Shown: one piece after another, positions 48,155 to 61,794 of the stretch
How the letters are laid out: each line of letters starts with the position of its first letter
Numbering within the stretch: position 1 is the stretch's first letter
DNA from: Heptranchias perlo
Lineage: Eukaryota
Assembly (NCBI RefSeq): GCF_035084215.1
Contig: NW_027138407.1
Span: 806,001 to 870,000 of the forward strand
Reading direction: 5' to 3'
Length of the DNA stretch: 64,000 nucleotides
The notes under the pieces: model-generated
What the model was told of the DNA's origin: nothing
Seen by the model: only the letters and a program-made list of their open reading frames with translations
Database searches by the model: none
Translations under genes and position numbers: made by a program

Positions 48155-49566
48155 GACAGTGATGGATACGAGTTTCACCCTCATACAAAAACTTCCGCCG
48201 TTTTATAGATCAGAGTCCTGATATAAAGATGAGGAGCGGTGCGAGACGGTTCCACAACCCGAGTTACACAATATGTAACTCTGCAGCCCGGCAAATCCTC
48301 TGTCGGAGAAGGACTGCAGATCCCCGCCCAACTGCACTGCTGATACAACCAAACCAAATAAGGAAAAGCAGGAATCTCCACAATAACACAGAGCAGGCAA
48401 CGTAGGTCAGAGCGAAGGCAGCAAACGGAAGCTGTGGGTGGGGCTGCCGCAGAATCAAAAATGAACGAATTCAAAGCTCTTTGTAACGGCGGAATGTTCG
48501 CGGCGCCACTCAGCTGCACCCGGAGCTGATGGAACGGAAAGTGCAATGGTTGGGTCTTGAGAAGTCTGTGGCCAATCTGCTCCTGCTCACTGTTCAAGTG
48601 ACTGGGAACAAATCGAGTGGGAGGGTGATGAAGAGTTTCGTGACAGCCATAAAAGGAGCTGATTTCATCAACCGCGCCTGTGGTGGCTCATTGAAAGAGC
48701 TATCCTATTATTCCCACTCCCCTGCTCTATCACTAAATTTTCCTTTGCAGGTATATTTCGAAATCCCTTTTGAAGCTTGCCATTGAATCTGCTTCCACCA
48801 GCCTTTAACGCAATGCATTCCAGATCAGAACAACTCTCTACATAAAAATAATTCACCTAATCTCCCCCCGGCTTTTTTGCCAATTATCTTAAATCTGTAC
48901 CCTTTGGTTACCGACACTTCTGGCAGTGCAAATGGTTTCTCCCTATCTACTCCACCAAAACCCTCATAATTTTGAACGCTTCTATCAAATCTCTCCTTAG
49001 ACTTCTCTGCTCTATGGAGAAAAATCCGAGTTTCTCTCGTCTCTCCACATAACTGAAATCCATCAATCCTGGTACCATTCTGATAAATATCCTATGCACT
49101 CTCTCCAAGGTCTTGACGTCCTTTCTAAAGTGTAGTGCCAGTATTGGGCACTATACACTAGCTGATCACTGACCAGTGATTTGTATATGTTTTCTAGAAC
49201 TTCCTTGCTTATACAACATCAAAAATGACGACCAGGTTTAGTCAACTCTAATTTTGATTTTTGAGGGACTATATCTGGCTCTCGTGTTTTTATACATGAT
49301 GCATGAACACCAAACACACTCATTGACGTCGTCCTAAAGCAGATTTAACAGAATCCGCCGGCAGGTGGCGTCAAACGCAAGCATGGTAATTAGAAAGTCG
49401 TGTGGTGCAAAAACCAGAGCGAAAAGCGATCGTAACCTCTGTGACGTCACCATCCGGCACGCCCCTGCAGTGTGTGGGTGGAACAACGAGCTGAACAGGG
49501 TTGCCTCTCTCCTTCTCAACGTCTGGCTCATTTAATTCCCAGTCACTCTGAGGGATTCAGTCAGAC

Positions 49567-49600
49567 ATGTTTCTAATAATACTGGCGGCCGTGTTGAACA
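49567..49600 (+). pseudogene. Orphan V leader exon with intact promoter (V exon lost at the duplication junction)
   Basis: MFLIILAAVLN followed by GTAAGT, identical to leader 63207-63240; CTCF motif 49358-49373 and CRE 49442-49449; homology ends at ~49716. Confidence 0.85.
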
Positions 49601-50136
49601 GTAAGTACTGGATTGTATTAAAGAACACGGGTTAGCAGATTGATGCAAAGAGCTTGTGCGGGGATTTAGTGCAATTACCGATCAGAAATATCCATATGAT
49701 GGACAGCTGGGTAGATTTACACGAAACAGCTGCCAATGTAAGAAAACAAATGATTAATATAATAATATATGCAAGGAGAATGAAATAAGAAGGGTGGATA
49801 TACACAGAATGAAAACTATCTATCTATCTATCCATCCATCTATCTATCTATCTCTCTATCGATCAACTATCTATCCTTGTCTCTCCGTCTATTTACTCTG
49901 GATGTTGTACTGACAAATGCTGGAAATTCCAGTTGATGTTTCTTTGGACTGTAATCGTGTCACTTTATCAGGGTCGTGTCACTTTATCAGGGTGTGAATT
50001 GAAACACTGGAACGTAGCATTTCTGTATATCACTGGCTCTTTTGAAGGACTTGATTGGGGAAAGGTTAACGGTGCAGCGGAGACACGTTAGCAAACAAGA
50101 TATTGTGCAGCTGGAGCCGCTCTTTGCCTCACTGTG

Positions 50137-50559
50137 TTCCCTTCGCACAGTAATACACTCCGGCGTCTCTGGGCGCGATGCCGTCTATAGAGATCGTGTT
50201 GGACTTCGATGTTCGGTCAAAGGACAGTTTGTACCGTCCTGCATTCATATCCCCCTGGTATATGGCGCCGATAAATGTCGGTGGCCCTGTCAGTGCTTGT
50301 CTGTACCAGGCTACTTTCTCACCACTAGCAATCGGGAGCCGGCAGTCCATTTCAGCCCGTTCCCCTTCCCGAAACACCACCTGCTCCGGGTGTGAGCGCC
50401 GATCTTCACACCTAACGGCTGTGAACAAAGCAAAGTCACTCAACAAGGTATTAAAAAGATTGATAAAACAAGACGTCTAACCAGTTACATAAACTCACAG
50501 AACATCAGCAGCACCAGGGCTCCAACTGGAAACAAGACTTTGCGATGCTTCGTCTTCAT
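50137..50559 (-). CDS. TCR alpha/delta V segment, intact (paralog of 40367-40795)
   Basis: Leader 50559-50499; V exon 50418-50137; RSS CACAGTG (50136-50130), 23 bp, ACAATATCT (50106-50098). Confidence 0.9.
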
Positions 50560-52419
50560 GACGATGGAAACGGACAAAAGGCGGATCAATAAGGGCCTGA
50601 TTTCCAGACTAGAACTTGCTGCCGAATCCAATATTTCAAAGATGGGGAGGAGGAGAGAGGTGAGCTTTACATTCTCCCCTTACAATTTGAGACTGATGGG
50701 CGACAGTCTCACCAATCCGCCTCATATGGGATGTTGTCACCTTACGTCATTCACAGTCTCACTCAGTGATTGGCTTTCTCTCGAACCAAAGAACTCTTTG
50801 ACCCGTCACTGGGAACGAATGTCTTTGGTCGCTGTGTGTAGCGACAGATGAAATAGTCCAGGAGGATTTGGTCTTTGTTGCATTTCTAACTTAAATGTTC
50901 ATCGCGGTCTTAGAATCATAGAATTCTACAGCACAGAGAGAGGCCCTTCGCCCCACTACCCCTGTGCGGCGCTCCGAAAGAGCTCTCCACTTAGTCCCAG
51001 TCCCCTGCCCTTTTCCCATATCATTCTGACTTGATTTCTCATTTTCAAATGTCTATTCGCTTGGCTCTCAAACGCGATCCTAGATTATGTTGTCACCGCT
51101 GATTCTAGTGGGGAATCCCATCTCCTAACAATACTTTGTGGAAAAATCCTAAAACATCCGTTAAGTTAGTAATGTCCTGGAATTATGCCGTCTAGTTCCC
51201 AGTAGGATTAACTGTGTCTCTTTTTCACCTTTGCCAAACCTTTCGTAATTGTGATCCCCTCTGTCAGATCACTTGTTAACCTTCTCTGTTCTCGTGAAAA
51301 GATCCCCAGTTGCTCAAGTCTCCCACCCAGAACTGGTTCATCTTTCCCACTCTCTCCTTCATCCTGTCCTCGAATTAACATCATCCGAGAAAAGGACCCC
51401 CAAAAGTGGGCCAAATATTCTAATTGTGGCATCACCAACGATTTATGCAGGTTAGCATTAATTTTTATTGTTTTGCAATCCGTTCCCTTATTTATAATGG
51501 ACGGATTCTTTAACCCTTTTTCAGCATCATCATCTCGTTCCCCACTTTCTGTACCTGAACCCCGAAATCTTTGTCCTCCTTTACTCCTTTAAATGAATAT
51601 TTACTTTACATTTCCTTTCGTTATTTGTCTAAATTATATTTACCGTGACATCCGTATGGCCTCTGTTCTATATTCTTCAGTTATATAAGACAAACAGAGT
51701 CGGTGATTTCTGATTTCCTTTTAGACCCTGTATCTGTGTGGTACTTTTGCCAATTTCTGATTGTCCTTTCGGTCTCGTAACAGGGTAAAAACTCCTGACT
51801 GGTCAGGCCCGCCACCTAGAGGCGGATTCGGGTAAATGTCTGCCTGTCGAATATGTCAAACTGAGTATTCAGTCCCTGAATTACCTGTAATTTTTTTCTC
51901 TATTTGTTTTACTTTGGAGAGGATGTTAATTGCGGGGAGAAATTAACGCACCCCGGATGCAGATGTTGTGGAATCTTCTGTTTGTATTGATTTGATTTGA
52001 AGTGACAGTAAATCATACAAATAAAAACGTCATTAAACGCTATATAACGCTATTTTTAATTCATTCTGGAGACGTGGGCTTCGCTGGAAAGGTCGGCATT
52101 TATTGCCCATCCCTAGTTGCCCTGATGACTGTCTGCACTTCCCGAAGTGAACTTTTAATAATATGAAATGATCATGTTTGGTGCATGCCGGAGAAATCAC
52201 GTTTACTGCGTAACCCCAGCCACACTGGAATTCCTTCAAGTGTGTCCACGGAAAGTGACTACACCATTAACCTTTCTTTGACTCCTTATATGTTTGTCAG
52301 ACGTCGCTAAATGACAATACTGCAATTACGATTTTTTTTAAAAGGAACCTCAAGATGGTGAGGATGAACGTCCTGAACTCGATGATGGAGAAGGACGATA
52401 GTAATTGTACAGCAACCAT

Positions 52420-53365
52420 GTTTGTTTGGATTAAAGTTGGCCATGTATGTGTGACGTGCGGTCGGCCATGTTCGTGTGACGTAACACGCTGCGAGTGCCT
52501 GCCGTTTATGTAAATAAAACAGCTCAATTGAAATGAAAAGAGACTTTAGTTTCTAACACACTAAACGCCCGATCTTATAATCGGTAAGAGTGAAAGTTTG
52601 GTTCGAGGGCCAAAACTTTGTGGCCGTTAAAATGTTTGGTGTCAGGTGTCGACAGATCTCCCAGAGTGCAGCGCGGCCATGTTGTCAATACGTGCAATAC
52701 TGCGCTGCATTGTTGGAGTTGCAGCTCTCCACGATGGCCACGGGTCATTGAGTTTATTTGAACACAGGTGAAGCACTCTGGGTTGTTTGTCTCGGTGGAC
52801 TGCAGGTGTCCTGTTGAGTGAGTGAATGACTCAGAACAATGAGTGATACAGAGAAAAACCATCAGAGGGAGATGGATCATGGTGAGATTGAGTACAGTGA
52901 GTGATGCAGAGAGAAACTAACAGAGCGAGAGAGAGAGATAAAGATGAAGACTCGTTTGGCAGAGAGAAACCAACATAGAGATAGATAAAGGTGATACAGA
53001 GACAACAGCAGAAGGAGATCGAGAAAGGTGAGACAGAGTACAATGAGTTATACGGAGAGACGCCAACAGAGGGAGAGAGATAAATGTGAGACGGAATTTA
53101 ATGATGTAGAGAGACACCAGAAGAGGGAGATAGATAAAGGTGAGACTGAATACAGTGATACAGAGAAACAACAACAGAGGGAGATTTTTAAGTTGTGACT
53201 GAGTACAGTGAGTGACACAGAGAGACACCAACAGAGGGAGGTAGATAAATGTGATACTGAGTTTAGTGATGTGGAAATGCACCAGCGGAGAGAGATAGAT
53301 AAAGGAGACTGAGTATAGTGATACAGCGGTAGCTCATTGGCTGCAAAGTACTTTGGGACTTCCTG
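52420..53365 (+). repeat. Second copy of the composite TGACGT/minisatellite/tail element
   Basis: Colinear with 21540-22527. Confidence 0.6.
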
Positions 53366-53367
53366 AC

Positions 53368-56060
53368 AACATAAGGTCATAAGAAATAGGAGCAGGAGTA
53401 GGCCATACGACCACTCGAGCCTGCTCCACTTTTCAATAAGATCATGGCTGGTCTTTGAGTTCAACTCCACTTTCCAGCCAGATGCCCATATCCCTTGATT
53501 CCCCTTGAGTCAACAAATCTATCTATCTCATCGTTGAATATTCTCAGCGAATCGGCAGGCACAGCCCTCTGGGGTAGAGAATTCCAAAGTTTCACAGCCA
53601 TCTGAGTGAAGAAATTCCTCCTCATCTCAGTCTTAAATGGCTGACCCCTTATCTTGAGTCTATGCCCCCTAGTTCAAGACTCTCCAGCCAGCAGAAACAA
53701 CCTCTCAGCTTCTACACTGTCAAGCCCATCAAAATCTTATGTGATTTAATGAAATCTCCTCTCATTCTTCTAAACTCCAGAGAGTACAGGCCCATTCTAC
53801 TCAATCTCTCCTCATTGGACAACCCTCTCATCCCAGGAATCAATCTAGTGAACCTTCGTTGCACCGCTTCTAAGGCATGCAAGGAGACCAAAACTGCGCA
53901 CAGTACTCCAGGTGACGTCTCACCAAAGCCATTTACAATTATAGTAAAGACTTCCTTACTCTTGTACTCCGACTTCCTGGCAATAAAGGCCAACATGCCA
54001 TTTGCCTTCCTAATTGCTTGCTGTACCTGCATGCTAACTGTTCGTGTTTCTTGTACGAGGCCACCCATGGCCTATTAAACACCATCACTTAATAGTTTCT
54101 CATCATTTAAAAAATATTCTGTTTTTCTATTCTTCCTACCGAAGTGAATACCTCACATTTCCCTAGATTATGTTCTATCTGCCACCTTCTTGAACACTCA
54201 TTAACCTGTCCATATCCCTTTGCAGACTCACAGCTTACTTTCCCACTTAGCTTTGTGTCGTCGGCAAACTTGGATACATTACACTCGGTCCCTTCATCTA
54301 AGTCATTAATATAGATTGTAAATAGCTGAGGCCCAAGCACCGATCCTTGTGGCATCCTATTAGTTACAGCCTGCCAACCTGAAGATGACCCGTTTATCCG
54401 TACTCTCTGTTTTGTATCTGTTAACCAATCCTGTATCCATGCCAATACATTACCCCCAACCCCACGAGCCCTTATCTTGTGTACCACTTTTATGTGGCAC
54501 TCTATCGAATTCCTTTTGAAAATGCAAATATATTACATCCTCTATTTCCCCCTTATCAACCCTGCTAGTTACATCCTCAAAAAACTCTAATAAATTTCTC
54601 AAACACGTTTTCCCTTCCATCAAATCATGTTGACGCTGCCGAATCATATTATGATTTTCTAAGTGCCCTGTTACCACGTCCTTAATAATGGATTCCAGCA
54701 TTTTCCCGACGACTGATGCCAGGCTAACTTCTCTGTAGTTCCCTGTATTCTCTCTCTCTTCCTGAATACCGGGGTTACATTTGCTACCTTCCAATCTGCT
54801 TGGACCGTTTTAGAATGTCGGGAATTTTGGAAGGTCACAACCAATGCATCCATTACTTTCATAACCCTCGGATGTCGGCCATCAGATCCAGGAGGTTTAT
54901 CGGCTTTTAGTCCCATTAGTTTTTCCAATACTTTTTCTCTACTGATATTAATTACTATAAGTTCCTCACTCTCATTGATCCTTTCGTTTCCCATGACTTC
55001 TGGTACGGTTTTTGTGTCCTCTACTGTCAAAACAGATACAAAATATTTGTTTGACGTCTCTGCCATTCACTTATTCCCCATTATAATTTCTCCTGTCTTG
55101 GCCTCTAAGGGACCAACATTTACTTTGCTACTCTCTTCCTTCTTACATACTTGTAGAAGCTCGTACAATCCGCTTTTATATTTCTTGCTAGTTTACTTTC
55201 ATATTCTATTTTCACCGTTTTATCAACTTTGTTTTCATCCTTTTCTAGTTTCGAAAACTCTCCCAATCCTCAGGCTTACTCCTCTTCTTCTTTGCAACAT
55301 TTTAGACCTCTTCTTTTAATCTAATACTATCCTTAACTTCTCTAGCGAGCCACGGATTCATAAATTTTGCCGTGGACTTTTTATTTCTCTATGGAATGCA
55401 TATTTGTTGAGAATGTTGAAATATTTCTTTAAATGTTTGCTATTCCTCATCTACAATCATATCCTTTGATCAAATTTCCCAATCTACCTTTGCCAACTTG
55501 CCTCTCATACATTGGCTTTATTTAAGTTTAAGACCCTCGCTTCTGACTTAAGTATGTCGCTCTCAAACACAAAGTGAAATTCTATCATATTATGATCACT
55601 CGTCCCTAGGGAACCTTTACTGTGAGATTACTAATTAACCTTGTCTCATTACACAGTACAAGATCTAAAATAGCCTGTTCCCTGGTTGGTTCCATGACGT
55701 TTTGTTCTAGGAAACTGTCTCGAATGCATTCCATGAACTCGTCCTCCAGGCTACCTTTGCCAATTTGATTTATCCTGTCTATATGCAGATTGAAGTCCCC
55801 CACGATTATTGCATTACCTTTGTTACAAGCTCTTCTTATTTCTTGATTAATACTCTGTCCAACGCAATAGCTACTATTTGGGGGCGTATAAACTACTCAA
55901 AGCAATGTTTTCTGCCCTTGTTCTTTCTTATTTCGACCCAGACTGATTCTACTTCCTGATCATATGAGCCAAGATCCTTTCTCACCACTGTCCTTATGTC
56001 ATCTTTTATTATCAGGGTTACAACCCCGCCCACACATTTTCACTCTGCCTGTGTTTTCGG
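53368..56060 (-). mobile_element. Degenerate CR1 LINE (EN-RT-3' UTR)
   Basis: ORFs 55606..55803, 54671..55066, 54450..54794, 54107..54487 and 53712..54068. Confidence 0.9.
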
Positions 56061-56099
56061 AAAGTCGCAGTGAAAGGGTAGTGGCTGTGGTACTATAAA

Positions 56100-56840
56100 A
56101 TGTTGCAGTACAGAGGGATCTGGGTGTCCTCGTACATGAAACACAAAAATTCAACATACAGGTGCAGCAGGTAATCCGAAAGGCAAACGGAATATTGGCC
56201 ATTATTTCCAGGGGGATGGAATATAAAAGCCGGGAAGTCATGCTGCAACTGTACAGGGTGCGGGTGAGACCACACCTGGAGTATTGCGTACAGTTCTGCT
56301 CCCCTTATTTAAGGAAGGACATACTTGCATTGGAGGCAGTTCAGTGAAGTTTCACCAGGTTGATCCCGGGTATGGAAGGGTTGTCTTATGAGGAAAGATT
56401 GAACGGGTTGGGTCTATACTCATTGGAGTTTAGAAGAATGAGAGGAGATGTTATTGAAACATACAAGATTCTGAGGGGACTCAATAGAGTCGATGCTGAG
56501 AGGATGTTATCTCTCATGGGGGAATCTAATCCGAGGGGACATAATCTAAGAATAAGAGGTAGTCCGTTTAAGACGGAAATGAGGAGGAATTTCTTCTCCC
56601 AGAGGGTCGTGAATCTTTGGAATTCTTTACCCCAAAAAGCTGTGGAGGATGAGTCATTAAATACATACAAGACTGAGTTAGGCACATTTTTGTTATCAGC
56701 AAGGGAGTCAAAGGATATGGAGAAAGGGCGGGAAAGTGGAGTTGTGGTCAAATCATATCAGCCATGATCTCATTAAATGGCGGAGCAGGCTCGAGGGGTC
56801 GAATGACCTACTCCTGCTCCGATCTCTTACAGTCTTATGG
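56100..56840 (+). mobile_element. CR1 3' fragment present only in the second duplicate block
   Basis: ORFs 56162..56767; absent from the paralogous site at ~43230. Confidence 0.8.
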
Positions 56841-56844
56841 TCTT

Positions 56845-58490
56845 GGAGATATTGGATGGGGTGAAAATTGATAAAGAAGAGGTACTAGAAAGGCATTCTG
56901 GACTTAAACTAGATAAGTCACCCGGTCTGAATGGGATTCATCCTAGGTTGCTGAGGGAAGTAAGGGTGAAAATTGCAGAGGTGCTGGCCATAATCTTCCA
57001 ATCCTCCTTAGATATGGGGGACATGCCAGAGGACTGGAGAATTGCAAATGTTATACTCTTCCTCAAAGAAGGCTGTAAGGGTAAATCAGGTAGGCACAGT
57101 CTAGTTAGTTTAACCTCGGTGGTGGGGAAGCTTTTATGAATGATAACCTGGGACAAAATTAATAGTCACTTAGTCTAGCGTGCATTAATAAAGGAAAGCC
57201 AGCTTGGATTTGTTAAAGGCAACTAGTGTTTAACTAACTTGATTGAGTTTTTTGACGTGGTGACAGAGGGGATTGATGAGGGCAATGTGGTTGATGTTGC
57301 GTATATGGGCTTTCAAGAGGCCTTTGATAAAGTGCCACATAATAGGCTTGTCAGCAAAATTGAAGCCCATGGAATAAAATGGTTTGTGGGTGCATGGATA
57401 CGAAATTGGCTAAGTGACTGGAAAGAGAGAGTGGTGGTGAACAGTTGTTTTTCGGACTCGAGGAAGGTATACAGTGGTATTCCCCAGGGGTCGGTACTAG
57501 GACCATGGCTTTTTTATATATATTAATGACTTGGACTTGGGTGTACACGGCACAATTTCAAGACTTGCAGATGATACAAAACTTGAAAGTGTAGTGAACA
57601 GTTGGGAGGTTAGTGATAGACTTCAAGAGGAAATAGAGAGGCTGGTGGAATGGGCGGACACATGGCAGATTAAATTTAATGTAGAGAAGTGCGAAGTGAT
57701 ATATTTTGGCAGGAAGAACGAGGAGAGGCCATATAAAGTACATGGTACAGTTCTGACAGGGGTGAAGAAACAGAGAGACCAGGGGGTATATTTTCACCAA
57801 ACTTTGAATGTGGCAGGACTAGTTGAGAAAGCAATTAAAAAAGCATAAGGGACTCTGTGCTTTATAAATAGGTGCACAGAGTACAAAAGCAAGGAAGTTA
57901 TGTCATAAAGTTACCTTTATAAAACACCGGTTCGGCCACAAACTGGAGTATTGTGTCCAATTCTGGGCACCACATTTTAGGAAGGATGTGAAGGTCTTAG
58001 AGAGGGTGCAGAAAAGGTTTACGAGATTGGTTCCATGGATGAGGGATATCTGTTACGTGGATAGACTGGAGAAACTGGGCTTGTTCTCCTCGCAGCAGAG
58101 AAGGTCGAGAAGAAATTTGATAGAATTATTCAAAATCCTGAAGGGTTTAGATAAAGTAAATGTAGAAAAACTCTTCTCATTGGCGGAAAAGCAGCGAACC
58201 AGAGGACACATTTTTAAGGTGATTGGCAAAAGAACCAAATGCGATGTGAGGACATTTTTTTTCTCGCAGCGAGCAGTTATGATCTGGAATGTGCTGTGTA
58301 AAAAGGTGGTGGAAGCAGATTAAATCGTGGCTTTCATAAAGAAATTGGATAAATACTTGAAGGGAATACGTTTGCAGGGTTACGTGGAATGAGCGGGGGA
58401 ATGGGAATAACTGGATTGCTCTTACAAAGAGCTGGCAGGACCTGGATGGGCCGAATGGCCTCCTTCTGTGCTCTAACGATTCTATGATTC
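56845..58490 (+). mobile_element. Degenerate CR1 LINE (paralog of 43215-44885)
   Basis: ORFs 56837..58323. Confidence 0.88.
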
Positions 58491-58565
58491 TAAAGAATAC
58501 TTAATGAAGCTGTAAATACTCGCTAAGGTTTTTGTACGATGCCTTTGCTTTTATCTGACGCTATG

Positions 58566-59098
58566 CCTCATTGCACAGTAATAGACCGCCCCGTCCTCCA
58601 CGCTCAGGCGGCTTATATTGAGATCGCCGTAGTTTTTAGACTGGTCAACAGCCGCCAGGTATTGTCCTGAGATTTCGTCTTCCTTCAGTCCTGCTTGTTT
58701 GCTAATTATCCAGCTTGGAGGCTGTGCCGGTTTCTGCCGATACCATTGCATGGTATAAATATCTGGATCTGTATATTTGCAATGTAACTGCACCGAACCC
58801 CCTTCTGACACGTCTGTTGTCACGGGAGACTGAGTGACCAGATCTGCACATCGTCCGCCTTTGAACATAGGGAACAAAAGAACAGAAGGTTAAACAGGAT
58901 TGGTCTAAACTTGTGTCTATCTGTGTGTGTGTGTGTGTGTAAACTTCCATCTTCCCAGTTGTCCATCATATAGATATTTTTGATTGGGAAATATACCGAG
59001 TCACTGCACAAGCTCTTTGCATCAATCGGATGACCTGTGTTGTTTAATATATTCCAGTACTTACTGTCCAACACAGCCGCCAGTATTATTAGGAACAT
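58566..59098 (-). CDS. TCR alpha/delta V segment, open frame but defective RSS heptamer
   Basis: Leader 59098-59065 MFLIILAAVLD; V exon 58858-58566 DLVTQSP..C..WYRQ..YYCAMR; RSS CATAGCG (58565-58559), 23 bp, ACAAAAACC (58535-58527). Confidence 0.88.
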
Positions 59099-59840
59099 GT
59101 CTGACTGAATCCCTCATAGCAACTGGGAATTGAATGAGCCTGAGATGGAGGAGAGAGCCAACCCGGGGCCTGTTCAGCTCATTATTTCGCCCACACACTG
59201 CAAGGGGCAGGGACGGTTGTGATGTCACTCAGGCTACCATCGCTATTGGCTTTGGTGTTTGCCTCAAGTAACTTTCTAATTACCATTCTTGAGTTTGGCG
59301 CCCTCTGCTGGCGGATTCTTTTAGCACCGTTTAAGAATAAGTTCATTCAGGGGATTTCGTGTCAATGGATCAAATATTAAATCTAGAATGTCGAGATTGT
59401 TTCTAAAAGATCTAGATTAGAACTGATTAAACCTGCTCATTATTTCTGATGCTCTGTAATCCTTTCATTTCCCTCCCACTCAATTTGTTTCCAGTCACTT
59501 GATCAGTGAATAGAATCATTTTGGCCAGTAAATCTCAAGGCCCAACCATCGCCCTTTCCGTTCCATCAGCTCCGAGCGCAGCTGAGCGGCGCCGCGCACT
59601 TTCTGCTGATGCACAGAGACTTGAATTCGCTCAATTGTGAGTCTGCGACAGTCCCGCCCACACCTTCCGTTTGCTGCTCTCGCTCTATCCCATCTTGGCT
59701 GCCTGGTGTTACTGGAAAGATTGCTGTAAATGTTTCCTGTTTGGCATTGGTTGGATCAGCAGAGCAGTGGGGCGGGGATTTATATTTCAGGTCGGACAGA
59801 GGATTTCTTGGACTGCAGAGTTACAGAGTCTGGGAGCATC

Positions 59841-60306
59841 ATGCGGAACCGTCTCCCACTCCTCCTCATCGTTATATCACTTCTCAGTAAGTATTTCATC
59901 CCCAGTAAAAATCTATTCACAGCCTGACTGCTGTAACCCAGATGTAATTATTGATACAATGATAATGACGATGATGATGACTATTACTATTATTACATTT
60001 CAGAATGGAGCCACCAAGACTCAGTGGAGCAGTCGGTTCCTGCAGTAACGGTTGAAGAGGAACGTACTGTCACACTAACCTGCACCTTGAAAACAAGCAA
60101 CAATAGTCCTTATGTGTACTGGTACAGTCAGCACCCCGGGCAGCCTCCACAGTATGTGCTTTATATTGTTGCAGGGATAGTAAATCAGAACCCCGACTTC
60201 ACCAAACGTTTCTCGTCTACCTTTAATAAAACTACCAAGATTACCGAGCTAACGATCAGCAATACCCTGATCTCCGACGCCGCCGTTTATTTTTGTGCCA
60301 TGGACC
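59841..60306 (+). CDS. TCR alpha/delta V segment, inverted orientation, intact (paralog of 46206-46668)
   Basis: Leader 59841-59886; V exon 60004-60306; RSS CACACTG (60307-60313), 24 bp, ACAAAAACC (60338-60346). Confidence 0.92.
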
Positions 60307-61401
60307 CACACTGCTGCAGAGATATCGCGGATCCTGTACAAAAACCCACACTGAGAGTCCAGTTGGTGCTCACCAGAGGGCGCTCTCACACGGATAAACA
60401 GAAGCAATCATTCAAGCTCCACAGAGGCCCAGCGCACCTTTTTAAAAGGGCAACAAAATATAACACTCAACAAGAACAGGCGTAGTTCACTTGCGGAATT
60501 ATATTAGTTTCAGTTCAACTCGCATTCATAATAAAAATTGTATGTCAGAAATCCATCATGTTGCACCTTAATTCAGCTTCTGTCTTTTGGTGCCATTTCT
60601 GCGCCTTCCTGCAATATTGTTCAGCCCTTTATACATTTCCTCTGTCAGTTTTCCAGACCATTTGGTTGCGATCTTTATCCAGGTTTTATTAGAGCAAAGT
60701 ATGTTCCCAGGTCAGAGACAGTTTATACACAATGATCAGGTTTCACAATTTTGTTTTTTAAAATAAGCTCCAAACCCAGAAATGTCTCTTGTCTCTCCCA
60801 ATGTCCACTGCCCTTCATAATGTCTCTTCAGTACTGGAATGTTTTCTGTGACCATTCACAATCGCGAGCTTCCCGGTTACAATAACCAGACCCGCATGGG
60901 AATACCGCCACCTGCACTTTTCCCTCCAAGTCACACACCATCCTGACTTGGAAATATATCGCCGTTCCTTCAACGTCGCTGGGTCCAAATCCTGGAACTC
61001 CTTACCTCACAGCACTGTGGGAGGACCTTCACGACACTGACTGCAGCGGTTGAAGATGGCGGCTCACCTCCACCTTCTCAAGAGCAATTAGTGATGGGCA
61101 TAAATGCTGGCCTTGCCAGTGACGCCCACATCCGATGAGTGAATGAAACAATGGTTTTATTCCCACCTCTGGTTTCTGAAAGCGGAATAATTCCCCATAT
61201 AAGGACATTGACTGTAGCCCAGCTCGGGGTGTTTCCATTCACTGGCAGCCAACATCATCACTGACCGGTCTCACAGCACTACTCGGGACACAAGGAAGTG
61301 GGGTGAGCGCATCCTGAGAATCGACAGCAGATTCTTTAGTCTGGGGATTAAAGCGGGTGTCTTCAAAGCTCCATCCTACCTGTACGGAGCGGACAGCGAC
61401 A

Positions 61402-61794
61402 ATGTGGCTACTCATCATCTGAGTTGTGTGGGGAGCATTTTTGACAGGTAATTGTGGACCAAGCACATTTCATCTTTTCTCTCATTGACCACATGGTTTG
61501 CGTCTGAATTTTAAACTGATCATTTCCTGTTTGAACATGTTTATCAGGTCTGCCCGCATGAATTCAGACCGAAGGAGAAGCAGTGACATTAAACTTTACC
61601 TATGATACCACTCAATACCCAAACAATCAACCCCAGTTTATTTTGATGAAATAAACGAGCGGTTATGAAGACAAAGCAGATTTTGCTAAAACCCGTTTCT
61701 CCACAGAGCTCCAGACCTTGTCTAAATTCACCAATCTAACCATCTCGGAACTGCAACTGATAGACGCTGCAGTTTATTCCTCTGCCCGGAGACT
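61402..61794 (+). pseudogene. TCR V-alpha-type pseudogene (paralog of 47762-48154)
   Basis: TGA in the leader, stops in the V exon, no Cys; RSS GACAGTG (61795-61801), 23 bp, ACAGAAACT (61825-61833). Confidence 0.85.
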
